The notes under the pieces: generated by a model
What the model saw: the letters and a program-made list of their open reading frames with translations, nothing else
Told to the model about the DNA's origin: nothing
The model's database searches: none
NCBI GenBank assembly: GCA_964016885.1
Contig: OZ024745.1
Coordinates: 116,994,001 to 117,058,000, forward strand
Direction: 5' to 3'
DNA: 64,000 bases
Source of the DNA: Eledone cirrhosa
Lineage: Eukaryota
Part shown: piece by piece, positions 1-11,333 of the stretch
Numbering within the stretch: the first letter of the stretch is position 1
Layout: every line of letters begins with the position of its first letter
Program-made: the position numbers and the translations under genes

Positions 1-207
1 AGGAAAACCTGTAACATACTGTGTTCATACCCAGGTTAGAGATTTTAATCAATGTGACGAATGCTTGGACATGCACCAGTACACTTTAGCAACAACTTGG
101 GAAACCTCAAAAGAATGTGTAGTAAAAGATCCAATTTAAATTGGATTCAATTAACATTTCATATCTACTTTATTTCTAACCCACGCATTTTCTGCTCTAT
201 GATAAAA

Positions 208-264
208 TCATGAGCAAGAAGTGAACAAGTGGATATAGGAAAGTTCATTCACATCATATATACT
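208..264 (-). CDS. Candidate terminal coding exon of an unidentified host gene (SIYDVNELSYIHLFTSCS*)
   Basis: Minus-strand acceptor gactgtttttAG, 18 codons then TGA, and AATAAA at 174-169. Phase 0 matches the candidate exon at 9356-9431. No homology recognised. Confidence 0.4.
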   Translation of the reverse strand, partial: SIYDVNELSYIHLFTSCS

Positions 265-769
265 CTAAAAACAGTCAAAACATGTTAGGTTTCATTTAAT
301 GTGTTGCATAGTCCTAAAAAATACTTACTCCAATCTATTTTGCAATACTAACAATTATAATCACTAATATCAGAAAGAAATAGTGTTGTTATGTGTGAAA
401 ATGTTTTTATTGCATTTCATTTGTCATATAACTAATTTCATTTGTCATATAACTAATTTCATTTTACCGAAGACAAAGACAAAGAACTTGCTAAACACTA
501 TGTTAAACAATATGATCAAAGGAAAATACTCCAGGGAAGAGTTCTACATATGGCATGGTCTCACATGTAATATAATGAGTGGAAAAAACTGATTGAATGA
601 AATTATTCAAGTAGTTAGTTGGCAAAAAAAATACCTCTAGGCATGTATAATACCTAAGATGCAAGGGAGATAATTCTAATAAAACCAACTAATTTAAAAA
701 ATAATAAAGATGGTGCAAATGGCCATAGGTCATCTTTATAGCCAAATAGTGAAAGAAACAGACTTCTTC

Positions 770-1165
770 TTATTATTCTTATTCTTATTCTTATTCTTCA
801 TCTCCTCCTTCGCCCATTTATTCGTGAGAGGACCGTGGGAGCAGTATCCACAAACACTCCTTCCTGTCAGATGCAACCGTCTCCAACTGGATCCCCAAGT
901 GAGACCAGCCAAGCTCATGGATGTTATCCAACCATCTTGCTCTGGGTCTACCTCTGAGTCTCTTGCCAGTTGGTTTTGCCCCTAAAATCTGTCCAGTGAT
1001 TCTTTCCTGAGATATTCTAACCACATGCCCATAGAGTTGTGATCTCTCAATTGGGAGAAGTAGCAGCTCTACCTGGAATGACTCTCTGAGTAACTCTATT
1101 GACTAACGTTACTCCAAAGACCCTTCGGAGGAACCCCATTTGGGCAGCTTGTATTCATGATCATA
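770..1165 (-). mobile_element. RTE-clade LINE 3' fragment
   Basis: ORF 818-1024 has the RTE C-terminal motif GKRLRGRPRARWLDNI, followed by a simple-repeat tail. Related copies at 43420-43610 and 60390-60560. Confidence 0.8.
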
Positions 1166-1173
1166 GTCTAAAT

Positions 1174-1485
1174 CAGGCATGGGTAACCTTTTTCGAGAAT
1201 TGAGCCGCATGAGATATCGCTCATCATCAGGCAGGCCACAAGCGCTAATTTACATTCGTGCCCACATTTTAAAAAAGGGCAGTAAATTTGTTTCTTCAGA
1301 ATTCGTACATGTTGTTTTCCTCGATCGTAAAAATGATAGAAAGATAAATATGACTGAAAAGTTGGGGTAAAAAAATCAGAAAAATTTCACTTAGGTGACT
1401 TAGGGGAGCCATTCAGCAGGCTTCACGGGCTGCAGGTTGCCCGCAGGCCACAGGTTGCCCGCAGGCCACATGTTGCCCATGACTG
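1174..1485. mobile_element. hAT (Charlie-like) MITE
   Basis: TIRs caggcatgggtaac / gttgcccatgactg. 8-bp TSD gtctaaat (1166-1173) / ctctaaat (1486-1493). 18-bp subterminal repeats caggttgcccgcaggcca. Confidence 0.85.
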
Positions 1486-1744
1486 CTCTAAATGAACAAT
1501 TTCAGTCAATCAAAATATTTCCACTGTATTATATGTGAGTCTCTTCAGTATGTGTATTTACTCCTGTAAGGCATTTTCCCTCACCATACTCTTCATAATC
1601 AGTGTCACTCTATTTCTATATATATTGAACAATTTTAAGTGTTTCCAGCTATGTTCAATACTCTTCAATTAGTAGTTCTAATTAAACCAAAACAACCATC
1701 TTTTTCATTTGTTGGTTTTAATTACAATATCCATTCCCATTTGT

Positions 1745-1860
1745 ATCATCATCACCACCACCACCACCTTCCATCATTTCCTCTGTGAGGTTCAGTATTT
1801 CAAGATCAGCTCTAACCACTTCTGTTAAGATCTTTCTAGGTCTTATTACCTCTCTGCAAC
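1745..1860 (-). mobile_element. RTE LINE extreme 3' fragment
   Basis: RPRKILTEVVRADLEILNLTEEM matches the C-terminus of the long RTE at 25.8 kb. Confidence 0.7.
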
Positions 1861-2129
1861 TGAAATGGAATGTATGATTGCTTGATGATTGAGTGGTGCT
1901 CATAATCAGCTAGTCATCCCACTACACTGTGCAACACTAACAGGATTTATGTTAGCCCTGTATATGCAACACTGTGTGTTGTGCTATTTGTTGATTGTTT
2001 ATTGGATGCCCTTCCTTTGCCCAACGACTTTATAGCATGGGCTGTGTACAATTTGTCACACCATCAGCACTAGAGAAGTTGTCTGTCAAGCCTTAAGGAT
2101 CTGCTCTACACTGTAGTAGTTTTAATTCA

Positions 2130-2312
2130 GAGTAACTGCTCTCCTTGACAGGTTTTCTTCTCTATAGCTTCTTAAATCCTCATCTACCCCATGAAGTCTT
2201 GTTCATTTGGAGTAACTGCTCTCCTTGACAGGTTTTCTTCTGTATAGTTTCTCAAGTTCTCATCTACCCCATGAAGTCTTGTTCATTTGGAGTGACTGCT
2301 CCCCTAGACAGG
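2130..2312. repeat. ~81-bp tandem duplication (about 2.2 copies)
   Basis: gagtaactgctctccttgacaggttttcttc...gaagtcttgttcatttg repeated. Confidence 0.85.
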
Positions 2313-2468
2313 TTGCCTTCCAAGCAATTTACAGGATCCAGTTTGAAAAATGTCAATTAATTGATTTCATTGGAATTACCTCCTGTCCTTGTTTTGAGAT
2401 GTTAAGCACCCCTAGAGGTAGTTTTTGTTTACTGCCTGCATGAATAATCTGTTAACTGAAGTTTTTTA

Positions 2469-2838
2469 TTTCACTATATTATATGACATGTTCACTATAT
2501 TACATGAGATGTTCACTATATTACATGACATCTTCACTATATTACATATGTTCACTATATTACATATGTTCGCTATATTACATATGTTCACTATATTACA
2601 TATGTTCACTATATTACTCGAGATGTTCACTATATTACATATGCTCACTATATTACACATGTTCACTATATTACATGACATGTTCACTATATTACATATG
2701 TTCACTATATTACATCTGTTCACTATATTACAGATGTTCACTATATTACATATGTTCACTATATTACTCGAGATGTTCACTATATTTTGTATGTTCACTA
2801 TATTACACATGTTCACTATATTACACATGTTCACTATG
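2469..2838. repeat. 18/21-bp minisatellite (atgttcactatattacat)n, about 19 copies
   Basis: Directly visible tandem array; explains the MFTILH, CSLYYI and NIVNIC pseudo-ORFs. Confidence 0.97.
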
Positions 2839-4044
2839 ATCCAACACTCTTGCTATTAATGAAGCACATCAACTGGAGTACTTTTAACATTTGTATCTCC
2901 TAGTTTCGGTAGTCTCTGAGCTCCAAGATCAAACACTCGCTATTAATGAAGCACATCAGCTGGAGTAAAGCAGAGATGTCTATTTCTTGTATGCGGCTGT
3001 ATTATTTTCTTGTTTTTAGTATTTAGTCAGGAAGTACACAGGACCCTTTCCATGGCCTATGGGAGAGAAGGTGCCATCAAACTGGACATTTGGCTCAAAT
3101 GTTTGCATCAGAGTTGATCCTACTAAAGGCATCTAAGGGCTAGGTTTATAGGATTTATTCTAATGCTGCAACAAAGAAGAGTTGTACAAATCCTTGTATT
3201 CATAAGTTCAAATTTCACTGGATCTCAATGATACTTTTAAGAGCAAACAAATGAAGCCAACCCATGCCATCATGAAAAACGAATGCCAAATGAAGATGAT
3301 GGTGATAATAGTGATTAGTAAAAGATTGAAAACAACTTTTGACTTTATAGATTGCTTGTTGCTTGATTTCTCAGGACTGTATCACATCGCAGTTAAAATC
3401 TACCAGAGTTGTCCCTCTTACATCCAGAAATTTATGAAACAAATATTCAATTCATTTAAATTAAACTTAATTCCCCAATGCATATTACACCTTCACAAAA
3501 CTGCTAGCTTCAATTATTAAATGAGAATTATTTCTATATAAAATTGCATAGTCCAAAGGATGAACAACTGGGATAATATTCGTTTCCATTTTTTAGTATG
3601 GTTTAAACCTGACTTAGAAATCCCAAACGTAGTTAGATAAAGTTATATTAAAGGGAAATAATAGTGTAAATAATATTATTTTCCTTAACATGATATAAAC
3701 ATATTTAAGAGTTATTTCCCTTAGAAATGTATTCGTAAATAAATTCTAGATATTTTCTTATTTCTTTCCTAATTTTAAATATATCGTGCCAAAGTATATT
3801 ATCGTCACAATAGTCTGGTGGGGGGAATGCAGTTTCCAGTTGTAAGAATTGACAAATTACTATACATGACTAAAACTCCAACATCTCCTGACGATATTTT
3901 CACAACTCTCCTATTCGATGGTGTCCCAAGTATGACATTTGCAAATAGTATTTATTACAGCTAATCTAAAAATACTGTTTCAAATTACATTAATAATACA
4001 TCAACAGTGCAAAAGTCAATCTTGCAAAATGGGGATATTTAAAA

Positions 4045-4245
4045 GGTGGGGATGTTGTGTGTGACTGCAGCATCGAACCATAGACTACGCAGCACCTCCT
4101 GATATGCCCCCTGCTGGACCACCCCTGCACAGCATTGGACTTGGCAGAGTTCAATGAGAAAGGACAGCAATGTGTTCAGCTGTGGCAGAACCACATCTAG
4201 CCAAGCTTTGTAACTGACACTCTTGTGGACATGACAATAACACAT
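4045..4245 (+). mobile_element. Non-LTR retrotransposon 3' fragment (RTEX-like C-terminal zinc knuckle)
   Basis: Plus frame reads CDCSIEP*TTQHLLICPLLDHPCTALDLAEFNEKGQQCVQLWQNHI*, a CxC...H..xC C-terminal pattern. Confidence 0.55.
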
Positions 4246-4436
4246 CAATAGTGATGAATCTAACTAAATCGGTTTGGTTGCAAATGGAAGGTCTTTTTTT
4301 TTTTGTACAAATATCAATTTTTTCCAGACATGTGTGTATGTGTGTCTATGTGTGTGTGTGATGTCTCTCTTCTCATGTCACAGAAAAACCATGCCATCAC
4401 TAATTTAAAAAGAACTGTGTTTTGAGCAGTGTCTCT

Positions 4437-4680
4437 TTAAGCTAGTGGTAAGGGTATTGGACTTATGATCATAATGTTCTGGGTTTGATTCCTGGAACAC
4501 TTCATTTCCCGTCGCTCCAGTATACTCAGCTGAAAATGAGTACCAACAATAGCTAGGGGTTTAACCCTGCGATGGACTGGCGTCCTGTCCAGGGGGAAGT
4601 CTTATACTCTCAGTCACTTCAAGCCATGAAACTGGGATAAGCACCAGCCTAACAAGCCTTAAATTGGCTTAAGACAGACT
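4437..4680 (+). mobile_element. tRNA-derived SINE, family 2
   Basis: A/B-box-like head (tagtggtaag...ggtttgattcc). Body shared with 16910-17125. Relatives at 13857, 16305, 30480, 47160 and 57612. Confidence 0.7.
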
Positions 4681-4816
4681 CTTTAAGCTGACCAGACTCC
4701 TATTAGTCTTTTGGTAGACCTTACAAACGAAATTGCTTATATGCAGATTAATTTGCATAATGGTATTCTGGTGTATAACACTGTCTTTTTAATTCAATAG
4801 TTGATTGGCAGACCTA

Positions 4817-5070
4817 ACCACATGGAGGAAAAGATCTACTGGAGGTTTCACTTCAACTAAGACTTGTTCAACCATAGAAAAGATCTACTGGGGGTTTCAC
4901 TTCAACTAAGGCTTGTTCAACCATAGAAAAGATCTACTGGAGGTTTCACTTCAACTAAGGCTTGTTCAACCATAGAAAAAGTCTACTGGGGGTTTCACTT
5001 TAACTAAGGCTTGTTCAACCATGGAAAAGGTCTACTGGGGGTTTCGTTTCAACTAAGGCTTGTTCAATCA
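4817..5070. repeat. 49-bp minisatellite, 5 copies
   Basis: aaccatagaaaagatctactggaggtttcacttcaactaaggcttgttc in tandem. Confidence 0.95.
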
Positions 5071-5189
5071 TTAATCAATGCTTTTATGCAACATGTATGA
5101 TCTCTACCTTTCAATTTCTAAATTCTCAGACTTAAGAGAGGAAAAGATAAATATACCCTGTAATCTATGATGTGATCCTTTAACTTCTA

Positions 5190-6760
5190 ACAACTTTTAA
5201 AGAGGGTGGCATACGGCCCATTGCTGTGGGCAATGTCTTCCAGAGGCTGGCTGCCAGGGTGATCTGCAAGTCCGTCACACACAAACTGGGTGAGGAGTTT
5301 AGTCCGGTGCAACTGGGTGTTGGCGTGTCTGGTGGCTGAGAGGGAGCCGCTCATGCAATCAGGCAGTTCTTCAGCAGTTGCCCATCGGTACCGGCATCCA
5401 GGGACTCCAGGCACCTCATTGTCAAGCTTGACATGAGGAATGCCTTTAACTCTTTACACCGGGATCATTTGCTCGAAGCCTGCCTCAGCCGAGCCCCCAC
5501 TGCCTACCCGCTGGCCTACCTGTCATATGGAGCCCCGAGCATGCTCCTAGCTGCTGATACAGTCATACCCTTGGCTACTGGGGTCCAACAGGGCGACCCT
5601 TTGGGACCCCTCCTATTTGGCCTTGGTATTGACCACATCGCCCGGAGTATCACGGTCCCTCTCAACATTTGGTATCTGGATGATGCTACATTGGGTGGGC
5701 CCGTACGGACGGTTTGCCATGACCTTCAATCGGTGATTCCTGCCCTGGCGGGAATCGGCCTCCAGGTCAACTTGGCCAAGTTGGAGGTGGTGAACGTCAG
5801 CCTTGATGCTGCGAGCTTTGCAGCCTCCGTCTTGGACGTGCGGTCCATTCTCCGCCAGGTTCAGGTGACCCCCAAAGAGGATATCCTCATGCTCGGGTCA
5901 CCGATCCACCCGCCGGCCATCCGCTCCACCATCAGGTCCAGGCTTCAACAGCTCCAGACTCTCATGAGCCGACTGGGCTTGATTGACGGCCACCCAGCTC
6001 TCTTTCTGCTGAGGAACTGCTTCGCCATGCTGAAGCTCCTCTATACACTCCGCGGCATTCCATGCTACACCTAGACATCTCTCCTCGCTGACCTCAATAC
6101 TTGTATCCAAGCAGCAGCCGAGGGGATATGCAACATCAAGTTTGATGACATAGGGTGGCAACAGGCCACTTTACCTGTCAGGTATGGCAGCCTTGGCCTT
6201 CAGTCCCCAATCTCACTAGCTTTGCCAGCGTACCTTTCGTCGGAAACCTCGTGCCGCGTCCTCGTCAGCAGTGTTCTTCAAAACACAACAGAATCCTCTG
6301 TGTTCAGAGAACATGAGGCCACCTGTGAGACGTGGAACCGGCTGGGACTTAGCCCAGTAGACGTCCCTCCTCCTTCTCCCCATGTTGACGTCAAGTCCCC
6401 CCCCCCAACGCACTTGGGATGCTATCCAGTACAGCCTGGCCTCAGACAGGCTCACGCGCCAGCTCGACCAGCACCGCCTTGCTTGTTTTCGTGCGGCCTC
6501 CAAACCCCACAGTGGTGCCTAGCTCCATGCCCTGCCCTCCTTCTCTACTGGCATGCAGCTGGACAACCATAGCCTGCGAATCGGTGTTTCCCTACTCGCC
6601 ACCATAGGCGCTGAGCTGGCCAGCCGCAGGTGTGAGCCCCGCGAGTTGGAGTGGCTTTTCCAGTGCATCTCCCTTGCCGTCCTCCGAGCAAACGCCTTCT
6701 CCATTCTTGTCGCCGGGGCTGTGGTGGGCCCCATCCCGTACCAATACATTAGTTAAATAC
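5190..6760 (+). mobile_element. CRE-clade non-LTR retrotransposon, 5'-truncated and degenerate
   Basis: RT motifs RPIAVG, KLDMRNAFNS, GVQQGDPLGPLLF, WYLDDATLGG. C-terminus WLFQCISLAVLRANAFSIL is typical of CRE. Stops and frameshifts; zinc knuckle and RLE core appear deleted. GC-rich island in AT-rich context. Confidence 0.85.
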
Positions 6761-6933
6761 CATTCTTTCATCTCTTATATTCACTGATGAAAAAATCTCT
6801 AAAGACTGAAAATTCTGAATAAAACACATTTTAATTCTTTACACGCATTGTTTGGGCTTTTAATCATTTGAAATCATTATATTATCACAATGCTATGAAA
6901 AAACGCATCAAAACTCAATATATATATATATAT

Positions 6934-7505
6934 GTTTGCCAGCAGAACTATGTCATTGGCAAATTCAGTATCCAATATCTTTTTCGCCTTAACTCTCCTG
7001 CTCCGAGCCGGTCTTACAGTAAAGCCAGAGTCCTGGTGTTTCTCCAGCACAAGGCACATACAATAGTCCACTGCAATGATAAAAAGGTAGGGAGTCAATG
7101 TATCTCCCTGGAGCACTCCAGCCAGTATCTCAAAGAACTCTGTCATCCCATCCGTCACTTCGTTGCTGTAGTGGAGTCTGTGCTGCTGTACGGGTCTCAG
7201 ACTTGGACCAAGAAACTCACTCAGATGGTGGATGGGTGCTACACGAGAATGCTGAGTATGGCTCTGAACATTAATCAGTATACACTGAGGATGAAGAACT
7301 CAGAGCTGTACGGGAGCCTCCCAAAAGTCAGCTCGAGAGTAACACAGAGGAGACTGAGGTTAGCTGGACATGTTCACCGACATCTAGAGTTGACACTGCA
7401 CTCAGTGTTCCTGTGGGAGCCACTGCATGGACACACTGGAAGAGGAAGACCAAGATTAACATATGTTGATGCCCTAAGGACAGACACTGGTCTCTTGGAG
7501 ATGCA
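6934..7505. mobile_element. RTE LINE fragment with inverted 5' part
   Basis: 6934-7158 minus strand encodes RT (GVLQGDTLTPYLFII...FANDIVLL). 7159-7500 plus strand encodes the C-terminus (VESVLLYGSQTW...GRGRPRLTYVD). Confidence 0.85.
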
Positions 7506-7563
7506 GGTAATGTTCCTTTAAAGTTTTATTGTTGCAACAATAAAACTTTAAAGGAACATTACC
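7506..7563. repeat. 58-bp perfect spacerless palindrome
   Basis: ggtaatgttcctttaaagttttattgttg|caacaataaaactttaaaggaacattacc. Confidence 0.97.
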
Positions 7564-7748
7564 AGTCTGGCCTCTTGTTATTTTAATCAAACCAATATTT
7601 AACTCCGTTCCTGCACCAATCACAGGATTAAACATCAACGATGGATGAGTTGCGTAACATAGAGTGCTTTTCCTACTAATACATCTTAACTAAACAGAAT
7701 GACCAGTTCTATCTAGTAGTGAGCCACTAAAATTGTATGTGTATATAA

Positions 7749-8200
7749 TCTATATATATATAAAGTTGTAGTTCCTGTCTGTTTGTTTGTTTGTTCACGA
7801 ACTCCTCCTATGGTTTGAGAGATAGACCCCTATAACCCCAATAACCAAATTTCAATAATATTAAGACACCCTAATGGGGATTAAACCCCCTATAGTGAAA
7901 ATTTTCGCTAATAAATGGAACAAGATTTCACAAACTACTCCTATGGTTTTGGAGATAGACCCCCTAATCATATATATTCTGAAACTACATTGCCCAGGGT
8001 ACTTGGATAAGTATATTTCATTTTAATCAAGGGGTTCCTCGGGGGCACAAACCACCAATGAAAACCCCTGCTGAAAAGTTTTTCCCTTCGATTTATATGA
8101 AATTTAAACCATAGGTAAATGACAAGTTATGGTGCCTATTCACAAAAGTTTTGAATTTATATTTTGAAAAAAAATTATTTACAAGAAACAAAATAAGAAT
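7749..8200 (+). mobile_element. Probable non-autonomous Helitron 5' portion
   Basis: Starts a|TCtatatatatataaag, followed by (tgtt)n and aactcctcc, the same layout as the Helitron at 11334. No 3' CTAG end found. Confidence 0.45.
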
Positions 8201-8749
8201 AAGATTTAATAATGTAATTTTGATTTGATATATTACAAAAAATAATGTTTTCCAATTGTTCATGCATTACATGATATATATGTATGTATATATACATATA
8301 GTGGTTGTTGATAGGAAGGGCATCTAGTCATAGAAAGCTTGCCTAACAAAGGGTTTGGGGAGGACATGTGTCAAGGAAACGACTATCTCTCTAGTAATGG
8401 TGTCATGATTAAAATCACTCAGTAGAGCATAGGACTGTATTTTAGTAAGATGCAGACTCTCAGCCTGGTTGGGAAGTCAGTGTGTAATGATCTGTCAATC
8501 CTTGTAAGCTGGGAAAACAAACATTAAATGATGATATAGATATGTGTGTGTTGTGTGTTGTGTGTATGTGTGTGCATATATATATATATGACATTTCCGT
8601 GCTAGCGAGACACAGTCTCCCAACCATTCCCACATCAAATGGAACAAAACTGTCTAACCCATACTAGCGTGGAAGATGGACGTTAAACGATGATGATGAT
8701 ATATATTTATATGTGTGTGTGTGTATCTGTGTGTGTATACATATAATTC

Positions 8750-8796
<47 letters not shown>

Positions 8797-9355
8797 AAGT
8801 GGTGCTGAGACCAGGAAGACCACTAATCATGAGAGTACTCAATACATGGGAAGATGCAGAGTTGGTATAGAGATATGTAAAATCCTGACTGCGGCGCGTT
8901 TTGGCTTGTGTGCCAAAACTACCTGGCACTGCGGTTGGGATTTTACATATCTACCTCTCTCACTATATGTGTGTGTGTGTGTGTATGTATGTATATGTAT
9001 ATATAGATATAGATATAGATGTGAGAAAAACCACAGACCCTCCATCTCAACTCACCTTTTGAAAAGCAGAAGAACTGCGAAACCGGTAAAGGAACCAAAT
9101 AAATATATATATTTTTTAAAAAAATAAGACTTCAGTTGCATTTTCGATTTCATCCCTTTTTCTTTATACTTCCACTCGTGTAGGACACCTCGGTTATTTT
9201 TCATTTTGTAAAAAAAAAACCTCACTTTCTAATAGATATAGATATATATGGAAAAGCTGTCATAGGTTCTGTAAGGTTAACTCCTGCTTTAGTGAGGAAG
9301 ATGCCCTTAAAATGTTTGTTGTAAAAAAAAAAGAAGGAAAGAAAAAGGAACTCAC

Positions 9356-9431
9356 ACTGCTTGTTAAATCTTTTGTATTTGGTTGAAAGAAAGCTGATGC
9401 TTCCAAAAAGCTTGTCGAGGGTTTCGGTATC
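9356..9431 (-). CDS. Candidate internal exon of unidentified host gene (xIPKPSTSFLEASAFFQPNTKDLTSS)
   Basis: Acceptor ttttttttaccAG, donor GTgagt. 76 nt, phase 2 to phase 0, non-repetitive sequence. Confidence 0.55.
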
Positions 9432-9574
9432 CTGGTAAAAAAAATATATGAAATATAAAATTCTGTATACCAGCCTTGACACTAATTACTGACTTATAAA
9501 TTTTCTGTGGAACTTTTAGAAGTAAGAAAAATGCTAACATCAACTTTAGGTTAACAGAAACAAAATATATAAAA

Positions 9575-10042
9575 CTAGCGGGACCCGTGGAAATTCCACG
9601 TAAACATTAAGAGGAGCTATTTAAGAGATGTTCATCTAGTTGTATATTATCTCTTCTCTCCTGTTGTCTTAGTCTACCTTGCTCTAAAACAATGTGTCTC
9701 TGTTCTTCATTGATTTCCTCATGTCTCTCTACACATACACACACACAATTCATTACAATTGTGTGTGTATGTATAAATGCATATGTATACATTTATAGGT
9801 ATGAGTATATAAATATGAATGCATAAACACACATAGACTCACACAAAACACACACACACATACACTCACACAAACATACACACACAAACACACACATACA
9901 CTCACACAAGTGTAGCTAATCTTGGAATATATAATCGCTATAGCATTTCACCAGCCCCTTCCTTCCTCAATCATTACATAGATGTGTGTGTAAGTAATAA
10001 TTATTTTGCATAATATGTCTATTTATGAATACGTATGAGTAG

Positions 10043-10103
<61 letters not shown>

Positions 10104-10233
10104 TGTGTGTGTGTGCATTTGCACTTTTGTTGTCTGTGTATATGTTTATGTATTTACGTATAGGTGTGTGTGTGTGTATGTAACTAAAGCGTAATGTGCT
10201 ACAAATGGACGAAATACAAGCAGAATTATAAGA
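9575..10233 (-). mobile_element. Non-autonomous Helitron, family B
   Basis: Minus-strand 3' hairpin cgtggaatttccacg followed by CTAG|t; 5' a|TC. Paralogous to 50885-52602. Confidence 0.8.
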
Positions 10234-10280
10234 TATTCTAAATTGACATTTTAATATGTGAACCAAGTAGAATCAATAAT

Positions 10281-10467
10281 TGTTTCTACTTTAGGCACAA
10301 GGCCAGCAATTACCCAGTGCATTACTGGTACTTTATTTTATCGACCCCGTAAGGATGAAAGGCAAAGTCAACCTCGGCGGGATTTGAACTCAGATCATAA
10401 AGGGACGTAACTATGCTGGAAAGCATGGCGTCCGACCCTCTACCGATACTGCCAATCCACCGCCCTT
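10281..10467 (-). mobile_element. tRNA-derived SINE, family 1 (Nin/Deu-like core), full length
   Basis: Head gggcggtggattggcag...gagttcaaatcc, core gcctttcatccttacggggtcgataaa. 17-bp TSD caagtagaatcaataat (10264-10280 / 10468-10484). Confidence 0.9.
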
Positions 10468-10534
10468 CAAGTAGAATCAATAATGACAGCAACATTGAAC
10501 ATATTCCATTTTTGGAATTCAAGATTGCTCTGAC

Positions 10535-10725
10535 ATACAAAGTCAGCTGAAGAGTTCATAAGCTGACTAGGATAACTCTCATGGAATGACCAAATGAGGT
10601 TTACTTTTCAACATAGTCTCTGGAAAGAAACAATGCAGTTATTAATAAGAAGAGTTGAAATTAATGCAGGCAAGATTTCACAGCTCTAGCACCACTCCTT
10701 CATAGTCAGCTTATGAGCTTGCATA
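10535..10725. mobile_element. Mariner-type MITE
   Basis: Inverted repeats gttcataagctgacta (~10554) and tagtcagcttatgagc (~10703). Confidence 0.55.
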
Positions 10726-10877
10726 TACCAAAATTAATGGATATATATATATATAATCATACAAACTAGAAATTTTATGTTTTGATAAATTAATAGTTTG
10801 CATAAGAGAACTCCTATTGTTTATATTGATTATTGACATGTGGAAGATAAGAATGATATTTTAATGATTTATTTCTT

Positions 10878-11040
10878 GGAGACGTGCAGCCAAGCAAATA
10901 CCCTCGATCAGGCATCTACCATACCCTGAACGCCTTGCTTCCCTGGGCATGGATACATTGAAGCTCCGAAGTCTGGCAACTGACTTGGTAAACACCCACA
11001 AAATTATTAACCATCTTGCCAACAACAACCCTGAGCACAT
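10878..11040 (+). mobile_element. CR1-group LINE ORF2 C-terminal fragment
   Basis: AAKQIPSIRHLPYPERLASLGMDTLKLRSLATDLVNTHKII fits the CR1 pattern L.Y.ERL..L.L.tL..RR...DL...yKI. Confidence 0.75.
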
Positions 11041-11333
11041 TTTGTATAAACAATTGAAATTTTCCCTCAACGAAATCTTCCAGAGAGAAATTAATTCATG
11101 TATAAACATTTCTCTTGCTGAACGTAATAAAACAGCAATACAAAATAAAATAAAACCAAATAATGAAATCTTACATGTTATTGATGAAATGGGGACGAAT
11201 ATTTACGACGGATTAAAAGCCAACATTTTAGCAAATCAACGCCTGTTTATATGCCTTAGCAACGACAGTGAAGCATTATCTTGGTGATAGTAGAGATATT
11301 GACAAGAATAAAACACCACCAAAAATACCATCA

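Noticed and set aside
2425-2859. Repeat proteins MFTILH / CSLYYI / NIVNIC
   Set aside because: Translations of an 18-bp minisatellite with no evidence of coding; kept only as a low-interest note.
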